Positions 1-12,340 are shown, numbered from the stretch's first letter. The stretch: DNA of 64,000 nt from Squalus acanthias (GCA_030390025.1 CM059432.1:120468001-120532000), one strand, 5' to 3'. A program made the numbers and translations. Notes: a model not told the origin generated them from the sequence alone.

Positions 1-282
1 TCACATCAGGTGATGGCAGACATCTGTACTCAGGCTGGCATCTCTGGCTGGCTTTCCATAGGTGCAGGGCATCATCGACTGCACACACGTGGCAATCAGG
101 GCACCCGCAGATCACCCAGGAGTATTCGGAAACCGCAAGGGCTTTCACTGGTGTGCAACCACAGAAAGATATTTCTGCAGGTGTGCACAAGATTCCCGGG
201 GAGCTGCCATGATGCTTTCGTCCTGCGGCACTCCAAGCTCCCTGACATCTTTGGACCTACAAACACATCTGTGTCCAGCTGA
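1..282 (+). pseudogene. PIF/Harbinger (HARBI1-like) DDE transposase fragment, frameshifted
   Basis: Motifs QGIIDCTHVAIRAP..NRKGFH and LVCNH..QVCTRFPGSCHDAFVLR are split across two frames. Confidence 0.85.
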
Positions 283-284
283 GC

Positions 285-560
285 AGAGCTTAGAGAGGAC
301 TGCGCCCTCCAACATGAACTCTCCACTGTTGTTCCTGCCACCACCGTCTGCTCTTGCTCACTTGTGAAGTGTGAGTCACCAGGTAAAAACCCAACTATCT
401 GTCTAACTTACCCCACCGAAGTGTGAGTGTCTGAGCTGGTGCATGGTCTGCATGAGTCCTGTGATGGTGCACCCTCAGAAGGATTCAGCTCCTCTGAGGA
501 ATCGTCGCCCGCGATCTCCAGCAATGCTGCATGCATGAAAGCCCAGTCAGAGATAAAAGA
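285..560 (-). pseudogene. Remnant of the Harbinger Myb/SANT accessory gene (exon 3 region), joined to the transposase by an internal deletion
   Basis: The reverse complement aligns by eye to 23725-23930 (gagggtgcacc...acaagtgagcaagag...cagtggaga). Confidence 0.65.
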
Positions 561-574
561 CATGAATTAGTCCT

Positions 575-3040
575 GAAATAACAACAGAAAATGCTGGAAA
601 CACTCAGCAGGTCAGGCCGCATCCATGGAGAGAGAAACAGAGTCAACGTTTCAGGTCTGTGACCCTTCGTCAGAACTGGAAAAGGTTAGAGATGTAACAG
701 GATTTAAGCAGGTACAGAGGCAGGGAAAGGGGGGAGGGTAGGAATGAACAAAAGGGACGGTCTGTGATAGGCTGGAAGGCAGGAGTGGTTAAATGTTGCA
801 AATGGGGATGGCAGAATCATCAACAGCTGCCGCCTGAAAAAATAGGTGTAGAGGTTATAGTCTGAAATTGTTGAACTCAATGTTGAGTCCAGAAGGCTGT
901 AAAGTGCCTAATAGAAAGATGAGGTGCTGTTCCTCGAGATACGTTGAGCTTCATTGGAACAGTGTAAGAGGCCTGAGGACAGAGAGGTCAGAGGGGGAGT
1001 GGAGCAGAGAATTAAGGTGACAGGCAACCAGAAGCTCGGGGTCACCCTTACGGACTGAACAGAGGTATTCTGCAAAGCGGTCACCCAATCTGCATTTGGT
1101 CTCCCCAATGTAGAGTAGACCGCATCGTGAGCAGCGAATACAGTAAACTAAATTGCAAGAAGTACAAGTAAATCGCTGTTTCACCTGGAAGGAGTATTTG
1201 GGGCTCTGGACAGTGGGAAGTGAGGAGGTAAAAGGGCAGGTGTTGCATCTCCTGCGGCTGCACAGGAAGGCACCATGGGGAGGGGAGGGGCTGTTGGGGG
1301 TGATTGAGGAGTGAACCAGCGTGTTGCGGAGGGAGCGGTCCCTTCGGAATGCTGAAAGGGGAGGGGAGGGGAAGATGCGTTTGGTGGTGGGATCACGCTG
1401 GAGGTGGCAGAAATGGCGGAGGATGATCCGTTGAATGTGGAGGTTGGTGGGGTGAAAGGTGAGGACAAGGGGAACCCTATTGTGGTTCTGGGAGGGAGGG
1501 GATGGGGTGAAAGCAGAATTGCGGGAAATGGAACGGACACGTGATGTCAACCACGATAGAGGGGAATCCTCAGTTGAGGACAAAGGAAGACATATCGGAA
1601 GCATTAATATGGAAGGTGGCATCATCAGAACAGATGCGGCGGAGACGAAGAAACTGGGAGAATGGAATAGAGTCCTTGCTGGAAGCGGGGTGGGAGGAAA
1701 TGTAGTCCAGGTAGCTGTGGGAGTTAGTGGGCTAATAGTGGATGTTTGTCGATAGCCTATCCCAGAGATGGAGACAGAGAAGTCGAGGAAGGGAAGGGAA
1801 GAGTCGGAGATGGACCATGTGAAGGTGAGGGAAGGGTGGAAATTGAAAGCAAAGTGAATGACATTTTCTTATTCAGGGTGAGAGCAGGAAACGGCACCAA
1901 TACAGTCATCAATGTACCTGGAAAAAGAGGTGAGGGAGGGGACCTGAATAGGACTGGAACGAAGAATGTTTCACATATCCCATGAAAAGGCAGGCATAGC
2001 TAGGGCCCATGCAGGTTCCCATAGCAACACCTTTAATTTGGAGGAATTGAGTGGAGTCAAAGGAGAAGTTGTTCAATGTGAGAACAAGTTCAGCCAGGCA
2101 AAGGAGGGTGGTGGTGGCTGGGGACTGGTTGGGCCTCTGTTCAAGGAAGAAGCAGAGCGGCCTCAGGCCGTCCTGGTGGGGGATGGAGGTGGAGAGGGAT
2201 TGGATGTCCATAGTGAAAAGGAAATGGTTGGGGCCAGGAAACTGGAAAATGTTAAAGTGGCGGAGGTCGTCGGAAGAGTCGCAAATGTAGGTGGGAAGAG
2301 ACCGGACAAGGGGAGAAAAAAAGAGCCAGGATAGGAAGAAATCAGTTCTGTAGGGCAAGAACAGGCTGAAACGATGGGTCTACCAGGGCAGCCCTGTTTG
2401 TGGATCTTGGGAAGGAGGTAGAAGCGGGCTGTGCTGGGTTGGGGGACTATGAGGTTGGCGGCCGTGGAGGGAAGATCTCCAGAGGAGATGAGGTCAGTGA
2501 CAGTCTTGGAAACAATGGCTTAATGTTTGGTAGTGGGGTCATGGTCCAGGGGGAAGTAGGAGGAGATGTCAGAGAGTTGGCGTTCAGCCTCCGCATGGTA
2601 GAGGTCGGTTCAACAAACAACAACAGCACCACCCTTGTCAGCAGGTTTAATGACAATGTTAGGGTTGGATCAGAGAGAATAGAATGCTGCAAGTTCAGAG
2701 GGAGGTAGGTTGGAGTAAGTGAGGGGAGCAGAGAAATTGAGATGTCACACCGGCAGTTAGCATTGAAAAGATCTAGAGAGGGTAAGAGGCCAGAGGGAGG
2801 GGTCCAGGTAAAACGAGAATTCTGAAAGCGGGAGAAAGGGTCAGCTGTGCGGGGGGGAAGACTCCTGGCCAAAGAAATGGGCACCGAGACGAAGGCGACG
2901 GAAAAAGAGCTCGACATCGTGCCAAGGTCGAAATTCATTGAGGTCGGTGCGTAAGGGAATGAAGCTCAGGCCTTTGCTGAGGACTGATCATTCGGGGTCA
3001 GACAGGGGAAGGTCAGAGGGGGATAGTGAAAGCACGGCAG
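575..3040 (-). mobile_element. Penelope-like retroelement (RT plus GIY-YIG endonuclease), degenerate, with 3' pseudo-LTR at about 575-700
   Basis: GIY-YIG/CCHH region FTCTSCNLVYCIRCSRCGLLYIGETKCRLGDRF (951-1625); RT motifs [25 protein letters not shown]; terminal repeat also present at 49812-50031. Confidence 0.9.
640..677 (-). ncRNA. Minimal type I hammerhead ribozyme motif in the PLE pseudo-LTR
   Basis: Minus strand reads AGTT-CTGACGA-AGGGTC ACA GACCT-GAAA-CGTT-GACT: core CUGANGA/GAAA, stem II GGUC/GACC, short stem I, palindromic AACGTT in place of stem III. Confidence 0.7.
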
Positions 3041-3183
3041 GGGGTGAGATTGGAAGAAATTTTCTAGTTCAGGGCGAGAGCAGGAAACGGCACCAATACT
3101 GTCATCAATGTACCGGAAAAAGAGGTGAGGGAGGGGACCACAGTAGGATTGGAACAAAGAATGTTCCATATATCCCATGAAAA
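3040..3183 (-). mobile_element. Second Penelope RT fragment in tandem (FRYIDD region)
   Basis: Similar to about 1860-1985; ORF 2966..3178 has GYMEHSLF..LFFRYIDDSIG. Confidence 0.75.
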
Positions 3184-3186
3184 GGA

Positions 3187-3950
3187 TTTCTTGAACCGCT
3201 GCAGTCCGTGTGCTGAAGGTACTCCCACAGTGCTGTTAGGGAGGGAGTTCCAGGATTTTGACCTAGCGATGATGAAGGATCGGCGATATACTTCCAAGTT
3301 AGGATGGTGTGTGACTTGGAGGGGAACTTGGAGGTGGTGGTGTTCCCATGCGCCTGCTGCCCTTGTCCTTCTAGGTGGTACAGGTCGCGGGTTTAGGAGG
3401 TGCTGCTGAAGAAGCCTTGGCGAGTTGCTGCAGAGCATCTTGTAGATGGCTCACACTGCAGCCACGGTACACCGGTGGTGGAGGAAGTGAATTTTTAAGG
3501 CGGTGGATGGGGTGCCAATCAAGTGGGCTGCTTTGTCCTGGATAGTGTCGAGCTTCTTGAGTGCTGTTGGAGCTGCACTCATCCAGGCAAGTGGAGAGTA
3601 TTCCATCACACTCCTGACTTGTGCCTTGTAGATGGTGGAAAGGCTTTGGGGAGTCAGGAGGTGAGACACTTGCCGCAGAATACCTAGCCTCTGACCTGCT
3701 CTTGTTGCCACAGTATTTATGTGGCTGGTTCAGTTAAGTTTCTGGTCAATGGTGGCCCCCAGGATGTTGATGGTGGGGGATTCGGTGATGGTAATGCTGT
3801 TGAATGTCAAGGGGCGGTGGTTAGACTGTCGCTTGTTGGAGATAGTCATTTCCTGGTACTAGTGTGGCATGAATGTTACCAGCCACTTATCAGCTCAAGC
3901 CTGAATGTTGTCCAGGTCTTATTACATGCGGGCATGGACTGCTTCATTAT
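3187..3950 (-). mobile_element. LINE family B (CR1/Jockey-group, distinct from canonical CR1), 3' part of ORF2
   Basis: ATRAGQRLGILRQV..IYKAQVRSVMEYSPLAW..KKLDTIQDKAA; homologous to 24782-26193 and 27938-29545. Confidence 0.8.
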
Positions 3951-6552
3951 TGAGTTTGAAAGTGATTTAGTTAAATCCGAAACTAGGGTCTTAAATCTAA
4001 ACAACTCAAACTACGTAGGTATGAGGGGCGAGTTGGCTAAGGTAGATTGGGAAACTACATTAAACGGTATGAGGGTAGACAAGCAATGGCTAGCATTTAA
4101 AGAATTAATACATAATTTACAACAAATATACATTCCTTTAAGGCACAAAAACCCCACAGGAAAAGTGGTCCAACCGTCGCTAACAAGAGCAGTTAAAGAT
4201 AGTATTAGATCAAAGGAAGAGGCTTATAATGTTGCCAAAAAGAGTAGTAAGCCTGAGGATTGGGAAGATTTTAGAATTCAGCAAAGGAGAACGAAGAAAT
4301 TGATTAGGGAAGGGAAAATAGAATATGAGAGTAAACTAGCAAGAGACATAAACAGACTGTAAAAGGTTCTATAGATATGTAAAAAGGAAAAGATTAGCGA
4401 AAGTAAATGTGGGTCCCTTACAGGCTGAGACAGGAGAAATTATAATGGGGAATAAGGAAATGGCAGAGAAATTAAACAAATACTTTGGGCTGGATTTTCT
4501 CAATGGGAAGCTTTTGGAGGCGGGACTGATGCTTGCTGGCTTTCAATCCCACCTCCATCAGCTTCTGGCCAACCAGCGGTAATTTCCCCAGATTGACCTT
4601 GTTAACCCGCCCGGCGGGCTCAGCAGGCCAATTAGGAGGAAGTCAGTGACAGAGCACGTCAACGTATGACATGCCATCTGTCAAGAACTTTTGAAAGAAG
4701 AAATGTCATCATTTGACAGCTCTGTGAAGCTGTCAAACACTGACATTCTGTGTAGTTTGATGATTACTTGTGTTCAGGACTCATCAAACCTTTCAACTTT
4801 GCAGAAATCACATGGCTGTTGGGTCAGAGGATCCAACAGCCAGTCTGTGATATCTACAATGGAGATGTCGGGACTCCGGCTCCACAGCGGCTGAAAGCTG
4901 TAGGCAGAAACAAAGGTAAAGGAACATTTTCTAACACTTTACACTCACCTTACATACTTACCACTCTACACTTGCACATCGCTCACCTCTACATTGCACT
5001 TTCAGACCCCTCCGACCCCCGTAGACCTCCTACTTATCTCCTACACCCTGGCGGGGTACCCCGAAGTTGGGAAGCCTACACTTTGGATCGAAAAATGAGG
5101 ATAATCCGATTTTCTGCCTGTTAACTACCTGTTAACAGGCAGTTAATAGGCATTAATCCCTTTCCCACCTCGAGGAGACGGGACCCAGGGCAGGACATCT
5201 TCCCGCCTTCTGGCAAGAGGGCATGGAGGCGGGTTTGCCACCCGCCCCAAATTCTGCAACTTTACCAGCAGTCCCGCCTCCATACCCGCCTCCTCGGGGC
5301 TGACAAAATTTAGCCCTTTGTGTCCGTCTTCATGGAAGAAGACACAAAAAACTTCCCAGAAATAGTAGAAAACCAAGGCTCCAGCAAGAATTAGGAACTG
5401 AAAGAAATTAGTATTAGTAAAAATATAGTACTGGAGAAATCAATGGGACTGAAAGCCAATAAATCCCCTGGACCTGATGGCCTACATCCTAGGGTTTTGA
5501 AAGAGGTGACTTTAGAGATATTGGATACATTGGTTGTCATTTTCCAAAATTGCATAGATTCTAGAATGGTTCCCGTGGATTGGTAGGTAGCAAATGTAAC
5601 CCCACTATTTAAGAAAGGAGAGAGAGAGAAAACGGGGAACTACAGACCAGTTAGCCTGAAATCTGTAGTAGGGAAAATGCTAGATTCTATTATGAAGGAC
5701 ATGGTAACAGGGCACTTAGAAAATAATAATAGGATTGGGCAGAGTCAACACGGATTTATGAAAGGGAAATCGTGTTTGACAAATCTTTTAAGAGTTTTGA
5801 CGTTGTAACTAGCAGAATAGATAAGGGGGAACCAGTCGATGTGGTGTATTTGGATTTTCAGAAGGCATTTGATAAGGTGCCATACAAGAGGTTATTAAAC
5901 AAAATTAGGGCTCATGGGATTGGGGGTAATATATTAGCATGGATTGAGGATTGGTTAACGGACAGAAAACAAAGAGTAGGAATAAACAAGTCATTTTCGG
6001 GTTGGCAGGCTGTAACTAGTGGGGCACCGCAAGGATCACTGCTTGGGCCTCAGCTATTCACAATCTACATCAATGATTTGGATGAGGGGACTAAATGTAA
6101 AATATCCACGTTTGCTGATGATACAAAGCTGGGTGGGTAAGTTGTGAGGAGGATGCAAGGAGGCTTCAAGGGGATATAGACAGGTTAAGTGAGTGGGCAA
6201 GAACATGGCAAATGGAATATAATGTGGAGAAATGTGAAGTTATCCACTTTGGTAGGAAAAATAGAAACGCAGACTATTTTTTAAATGGTGAGATATTGAG
6301 AAATGTTGATGTTCAGAGGGTGTCCTTGTACATGAATCACTGAAAGTTAACATGCAGGTACAGCAAGCAATTAGGAAAGCAAATGGTATGTTGGCCTTTA
6401 TTGCAAGAGGATTTGAGTATAAGAGTAAAGACATCTTACTGCAATTATATTGGGCCCTGGTGAGACCACACCTGGAGTATTGTGTACAGTTTTGGTCTCC
6501 TTACCTAAGGAAGGATAAACTTGCCATAGACAGAGTGCACGAAGGTTCACCA
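3951..6552 (+). mobile_element. CR1 LINE ORF2 (tether plus RT), degenerate, interrupted by a MITE at 4487-5316
   Basis: [50 protein letters not shown]. Confidence 0.9.
4487..5316. mobile_element. Non-autonomous Harbinger-type DNA transposon (MITE), 830 bp
   Basis: TIRs gggctggatttt / aaaatttagccc; TTT duplicated at 4484-4486 and 5317-5319; removing it restores the CR1 sequence tactttgtgtc. Confidence 0.8.
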
Positions 6553-7072
6553 TAGAAACATAGAAGATAGGAGCAGGAGTAGGCCATTCGGCCCCTCAAG
6601 CCTGCTCCGCCATTCGATGAGATCATGGCTGATAATCCAAACTCAGTACCCTGTACCTGCCTTCTCCCCATATCCCTTGATACCTTTAGCTTTAAGAAAT
6701 ATATCTAACTCATTCTTGAATATATTTAATGACTTGGCCTCAACTACCTTCTGTGATAGAGAATTCCACAGGTTCACCACTCTCTGGGTGAAGAAATTCC
6801 TCCTCATTTCTGTCCTAAATGGCTTACCCCCTATCCTTAGATTATGACCCCTGGTTCTGGACTCTCCGACCATCGGGAACATTCTTCCTGCATCTAGTTT
6901 GTCCAGACCTGTCAGAATTTTATATGTTTCGATGAGATCCCCTCTCATTCTTCTATACTCCAGCGAGTATAAGCCCAATCGACCCAATCTCTCCTCATAT
7001 GTTATTCCTGCCATCCCAGGTATCAGCCTTGTGAATCTTTGCTGAACTCCCTCCATGGCAAGAACATCCTTC

Positions 7073-7377
7073 ACAGAATCCCCACAGTGCAGATAGAGGC
7101 CATTTCGGCCCATCGAGCCTGCACCGACATATATCCCACCCTATCCCCGTAACCCCACGTATTTAATCCCCCTAACACTAAGGGTCAATTTATCATAGCC
7201 AAATCAACCTAACCCACACATCTTTGGACTGTGGGAGGAAACCGGAGCACCCGGAGGAAACCCACGCAGACACGGGGAGAATGTGCAAACTCCACACAGA
7301 CAGTCACCCGAGGCTGGATTCGAACCCAGGTACCTGGCGCTGTGAGGCAACAGTGCTAACCACTATGCCACCATGTT
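7073..7377 (-). mobile_element. HE1-like V-SINE (tRNA-derived head, V domain, CR1-derived tail)
   Basis: V-domain sequence ggaggaaaccggagcacccggaggaaacccacgcagacacggggaga; pol III B box ggttcgaatcc on the minus strand; TSD atccttc at 7066-7072 and 7378-7384. Confidence 0.85.
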
Positions 7378-7423
7378 ATCCTTCCTCAGATAAGGCGACC
7401 AAAACTGCACACAATACTCAAGG

Positions 7424-8196
7424 GGGGAAAAATTCAGCTGCTTGCGCCTCCCGTTAGCGCCTTAAATGGGCGCTAATGGGGCGTAAAGCAGCTAACGCCC
7501 GGGCGCAGCGCCGCCCACGCCTCCCGAAAAATTTAGTGGGAGGTTAGCGGCGGCGGCAGCCGGTAGCGCCCTGTGGCGCTGCGCCGCCGGCGATGACGTC
7601 ATCGCCGTGCGCAGCGCCCCGCTCGCGCCCCGGCCGTGATCTTCAGTCGCGCCCCCTGATTTACCGCCAGACGCTATGTCCGACGGGTTCAGGGGGGCGT
7701 ACGTGCGGCCGGGGCGGCGATATTTAAAGGGGAGGTGGCAGGCGGCCATTTTTGTTGCTGGCCGCCTGCCAGCACCTGCCCCCGTTGCTGTCCCCGGCCC
7801 CCGTGAAGCCCCCCCACCGTGAAGTGCCGGCTGCGCTCCAAGAGCCCGGCACTTCTCTTGAGTGCCGGGCTCTTTTGCCGGCACTCCCGATCCCTGGGAG
7901 CCCAGCTGGGCCCCGGTTCGCGCTGCGCAAGGCCCCTCCCCTTTAAGAAGGGGAGGAAGGCCTGCAATACCGCGGCGCGACGTGCCGCAGCGCGTGGCGC
8001 TGCGGCACGTAGCGCCAGGATATTCACTCGCAGCGCCCCAAGAGGGATGCGGGGTGCTTCCAGTTGCGCCCCGCTTCCCTCTTGGGGCGCAACCACTGAA
8101 GTTCCGGCGCGGGGCCGCTAATTTTTTCGGGGCGCTAAAAGTCGCGCCCCGGCGAGGTTAGCGCCCCAAATGGAGCAATACTGAATTTTTAGCCCC
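7424..8196. mobile_element. GC/CpG-rich Harbinger-type MITE (773 bp)
   Basis: TIRs ggggaaaaattcag / ctgaatttttagcccc; AGG duplicated at 7421-7423 and 8197-8199; an inverted second copy lies at 55221-55955. Confidence 0.8.
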
Positions 8197-8213
8197 AGGT
8201 GTGGTCTCACCAA

Positions 8214-8615
8214 GAATGAGAGGTGATCTCATTGAAACATACAAAATTCTTACAGGGCTTGACAGGGTAGATGCAGGGAGGATGTTTCCCCTGGCTGGGG
8301 AGTCTAGAACCAGGGGAAACAGTCTCAGAATAAGGGATCGGCCATTTAGGACTAAGATGAGGAGAAATTTCTTCACTCAGAGGGTGGTGAATCTTTGGAA
8401 TTCTCTACACCAGAGTACTGTGGAGGCTCAGTCATTGAGTATATTCAAGACAGAGATCGATAGATTTTTGAATATTAAGGGAATCAAGGGATATGGGGAT
8501 AGTGTAGGAAAGTGGAGATGAGGTAAAAGATCAGCCATGATCTTATTGAATGGCGGATCAGGCTCGAAGGGCCAAATGGCCTACTCCTGCTCCTATTTCT
8601 TAAGTTCTTATGTTT
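8214..8615 (+). mobile_element. CR1 3' end (probable continuation of the 3951-6552 copy)
   Basis: RMRGDLIETYKIL..RRNFFTQRVVNLWNSL; tail cctactcctgctcctatttctt. Confidence 0.85.
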
Positions 8616-9055
8616 CTTGTTGCTGGGAATAGCACCTCTCTCCGACTCCTCATCGCCCCCAGCAGCACATCCCGGGAGACGTCATTAAAGCGGGGCGCAC
8701 CCTTTGAGCGTCTTGATTCATGCTGAGAGTTCTTCCTCTATTACTTCCAATCTAAGCTCCTGAAAATTGGATCTTTAGATTGGACCTTTAAATACTGGAG
8801 TTGAGATCATGTCATGTGGGTCCTCATCACTCCCGCTGCCGCAGATTGGACAGCAAACCTGGAAGTAAAATAGTCGTGAGGTGGCTGAGTTAAAAAAACA
8901 CAAACAGACGCGCTGAACATACTTCCAGTTTCCCCATGCAATATCGGACACACCCCCACCGTCACCCCGCTCCAGTGCGTCTCGCAGTTAATATTGGGGC
9001 TATATCTTCATTCCTGCCTTCCTCCCATATTCTGGGGCGATTGCTTGTGCTGTGC

Positions 9056-9590
9056 CTCTAGAAGTACTGTGCACAGTTGTGGTCTCCATAATACAAAAAG
9101 TGTATAGAAGCACTGGAGAAAGTGCTAAAAAGATTTACAAGAATGATATCAGAACTGAGAGGCTACAACTATCAGGAAAGACTGGGCCACTTTTCCCTAA
9201 AAAAGAGAAGATTGCAAGGTGATCTAATAGAGGTCTTTAAAATGATGAAGGGATTCAATAGGGTAGATGTAGAGAAGATGTTTCCACTTGTGGGCGAGTC
9301 CAAAACTAGGGGCCATAAATGTAAGATAGTCACTAATAAACCCAATAGGGAATTCAGGAGAAACTTCTTTACTCAGCGAGTGATTAGAATGTGGAACGTG
9401 CTACCACATAAAGTGGTTGAGGCAAATATAGCATAGATGCATTTAATGCTCTGCTAGATAAGTACAAGAAGGAGAAAGGAATAGAAGGATATGTTAATAG
9501 GGTGAGATAAAGTAAGGTGGGAGGAGGCTCGTGTGGAGTATAAACACCAGCACAGACCTGTTGGGCCGAATGTGTTGTAAATTCTATTTA
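9056..9590 (+). mobile_element. CR1 3' fragment (different subfamily)
   Basis: ORF 9122..9436: RRLQGDLIEVFK..KTRGH..RRNFFTQRVIRMWN. Confidence 0.8.
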
Positions 9591-9945
9591 AAAAAAGTAA
9601 GAAATGAGATTTATCTCATCTTGTTGAACATATTGGCCCAGACCTTGGATAAGTCTAACTTTAGTGATCACTATGGCCAGAACCAGAGACTCATAATATA
9701 TCTCTATGTGTAACAAAATCATAAGCTCATAGTTTATAAACAAAGGGAGAAAATGTTTCCCCATATGATTGGCCGGCCTCTAACCATTGACCTCACTCAA
9801 TACGTGTATTTTGAACACATTCTGTATTTTGCTGTAATCCCTTCTCCATATTTATGCTGTTATATTTAATAATAGTTTTGTACCTCCATTGTTATTCATG
9901 TGATTCTGTACTCCTGCTGTCGAGAAAAACAGCCGAATATAAAAA

Positions 9946-10395
9946 GAAAGAAAGACTTGCCTTTCTACAGCACCTTTTATGACCACCGGATGTCCCAAAG
10001 TGCTTTACTGCCAATGAAATACTTTTTGAAGTGTAGTCACTGTTGCAATTTAGGAAACGCGGCAGCCAATTTGCGCACAGCAAGCGCCCACAAACAGCTA
10101 TGTGATAATGACCAGATAATTTTGTTTTAGTGATGTTGGTTGAGGGATAAATATAGGCCAGGACACCGGGGATAACTCCCCTGCTTTTCATCAAAATAGT
10201 GTCATGGGATCTTTACATCCACCTGAGAGAGCAGACATCTGGTTTAACATCTCGTCCAAAAGATGGCACCTCCAACAGTGCAGCACTGGGAGTGTCAGCC
10301 TAGATTTATTATGTTCAAATCTCTGGAGCAGGACTTGTACCCACATCCTTCTGACTCAGTGGCAAGGCTGCTACCTACTGAGCCACGGCTGACAC
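9946..10395 (-). mobile_element. SacSINE1-like Deu-domain SINE
   Basis: Minus strand has a tRNA-like head gtgtcagccgtggctcagtaggtagca, a Deu-like core ccccggtgtcctggcc and an L2-like tail; homologous to 31367-31842. Confidence 0.75.
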
Positions 10396-10476
10396 TTTAA
10401 CATAAAATGTTTATAAACAATCTTCATAAAGAGTTCAAGTTAATTTATTATCTTATTCTTATTATCTGTTTCTCAG

Positions 10477-10593
10477 ATACATTCTATTATCTTCCTCAGG
10501 TTCTGACTTGTGTACATCAAGGATAGAATTAGTGACAAAGCCGACTATAAGAGTCAAAGAAAAACAACAGAACCAGTCACTATTGTCTCAGGG
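10477..10593 (+). CDS. Weak candidate host-gene exon (117 nt, phase 2-2), YILLSSSGSDLCTSRIELVTKPTIRVKEKQQNQSLLSQG
   Basis: Pyrimidine-rich ttatctgtttctcag acceptor; one open frame; weak gtaggg donor; non-repetitive context. Protein not recognised. Confidence 0.25.
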
Positions 10594-10999
10594 GTAGGGG
10601 AGAAGGAACAACATTAATATGCATCCAGTTCAACTGAAATAAAATCATGTTTGTATGAAGAACATTTACATAACTATCAAAAATACAGCAAAAGACTGAC
10701 AGCAATGTACTGCTGTTATTGCCTCTAGATAAATTATTCAATCCAATTTAATTGGGATATGTTTTAAATAATTGATCAGATTATGCCCAACTGAATCACA
10801 TCATTGCCCTTTAAATAGATATAATTTCATAGCTAGTTGACCTTTGTTGCTCTTCTCTTGGTTTTAAGTGTTGGTCAGGCCAAACACAGCAATGTTGCTC
10901 TCACTGCATTAAAATATACATTTAGTGGCTCTCTGGTAAGCTTCTGTTATAAATAATCAGGAGCTCAGCACTCCATTTTTCTCCCCTCCCTTCTGTATG

Positions 11000-11320
11000 T
11001 ACTGCTTCATGCTGGGGTGTGTTTCCACAGATTCCAGCTATCCTACAGTACCTCAGGGATCAGCCAAGGAAGTGAGTGCTGGCAGGTTATTTGATTGAAG
11101 GTGAGGGGGGGTGGCGGAGCACACAAGTGAGTCCAAACCTGTTCCCATCCAATGTGCATCCTTCCCAACTTTGGCTGAGATTTCTGTTACCAATCGCAAA
11201 GGACTGAGGTCAGTGAAAGTTTTTGCAGTGTGGGCTGAAATTAGCACTAACCCAGACCAGGGATTGAATCTGGGACCTCTGTGGTCTAAACAGCTCAGTG
11301 CATTTACCAACTGAGCAATT
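11000..11320 (-). mobile_element. Old tRNA-derived SINE remnant
   Basis: Minus strand has A box-like gctcagttggtaaa and B box-like cagattcaatccctgg. Confidence 0.4.
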
Positions 11321-11749
11321 ACTGATTCCACATACACATTTATCAGTAGAAGGGGTAATGTTACGAATTTGTGGTCCTGGCCTAGAGCTTTGTCTGCCAG
11401 CAGCACATATTGGGAGTGCAAATTCATAAAATTACCTCAAAATAAGGACCAGTAATGTAGCCTGTGATTATGTTATAGGAGGCTACAGCACTTGGCTTAT
11501 TACAAAAGTAAATAGACCATCCGACTGCATTTCACTCCGAGTACATGTGCTTGTTATGCCCTTTATATTTTAGAGTGTTTCCCAGTATTCGCTATCTCAG
11601 GAGCTTTATGAAGGTGCCTGCACTTTTGGTCTTCTGCCCCTTTGGCATTCCTTTATTTCAGCGTTCATTGGGCTGAACCCCTGTGGAGGATGGTTTGAAT
11701 TTAATGACCATGGGCTTTAGCTATTGAAAGACTATTATTACAATTCAAA

Positions 11750-12340
11750 ATAAAATTGCTGTGGATTAGAAATAAGTTGTTAGAACTGGAGGCTGTGGGA
11801 AATGAATATAAAATTCAGGGGTATAAAGCCTTTGGAAACGACAGAGCAGACAAAAAAGGAGATGGTGTAGCCTTAAATGTCAGGGACACCCGGGAGGTAA
11901 ACAAAGTTGATCCTGTAGGAGGTGAAAACCCGCAAAATGAACTACACTGGTTATTCATCATTCAAAACAAATTCCAAACTAACGCTAGGGAGATGCTAGA
12001 CCACCACAGGTCAGTATAAGAAAGAGGACAATTTGCTCTATAAAAAGATTGGAAGGATATATGAGAACAGGAAAATTATTTTAATGGGAGGCTTCAATCA
12101 GCATAAGATAAACTGTGGAAACCCAAGTGGTTTAGAGTTAGAGATGGTAAATGTAATTCGTGACTCCTCCTTGGTCCAGATGTCAAGGAAGCCACGAGAG
12201 GCAATGCTCATTAGAAACTGGTAAAGGGCCCAGAAGCTGTATAGGAAATAAAGGCTGTTGCAGCCCTGGGGAACAGCAATCACAGGATAATGACGTTTTA
12301 ACCTTTAACATGATCAAGACCAGAAGCCAGATACATAAAT
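11750..12340 (+). mobile_element. Old CR1 ORF2 endonuclease remnant
   Basis: YKIQGYKAFGNDRADKKGDGVAL and KIILMGGFN resemble APE-type endonuclease motifs. Confidence 0.6.

Larger units (their letters stand above)
6552..8213 (-). mobile_element. CR1 3' end inserted antisense into the + CR1; itself interrupted by a SINE and a MITE
   Basis: ORF 6643..7113 (RGDLIETYKIL..RTRGHNL..RRNFFTQRVVNLWNSL); CR1 tail catagaaacatag; resumes at 7385-7423 and 8197-8213. Confidence 0.85.

Noticed and set aside
7492..8161. Multiple Ala/Arg/Gly/Pro-rich ORFs (also 55202-55685)
   Set aside because: Stop-poor GC-rich MITE sequence is open in many frames and shows no domain motifs.
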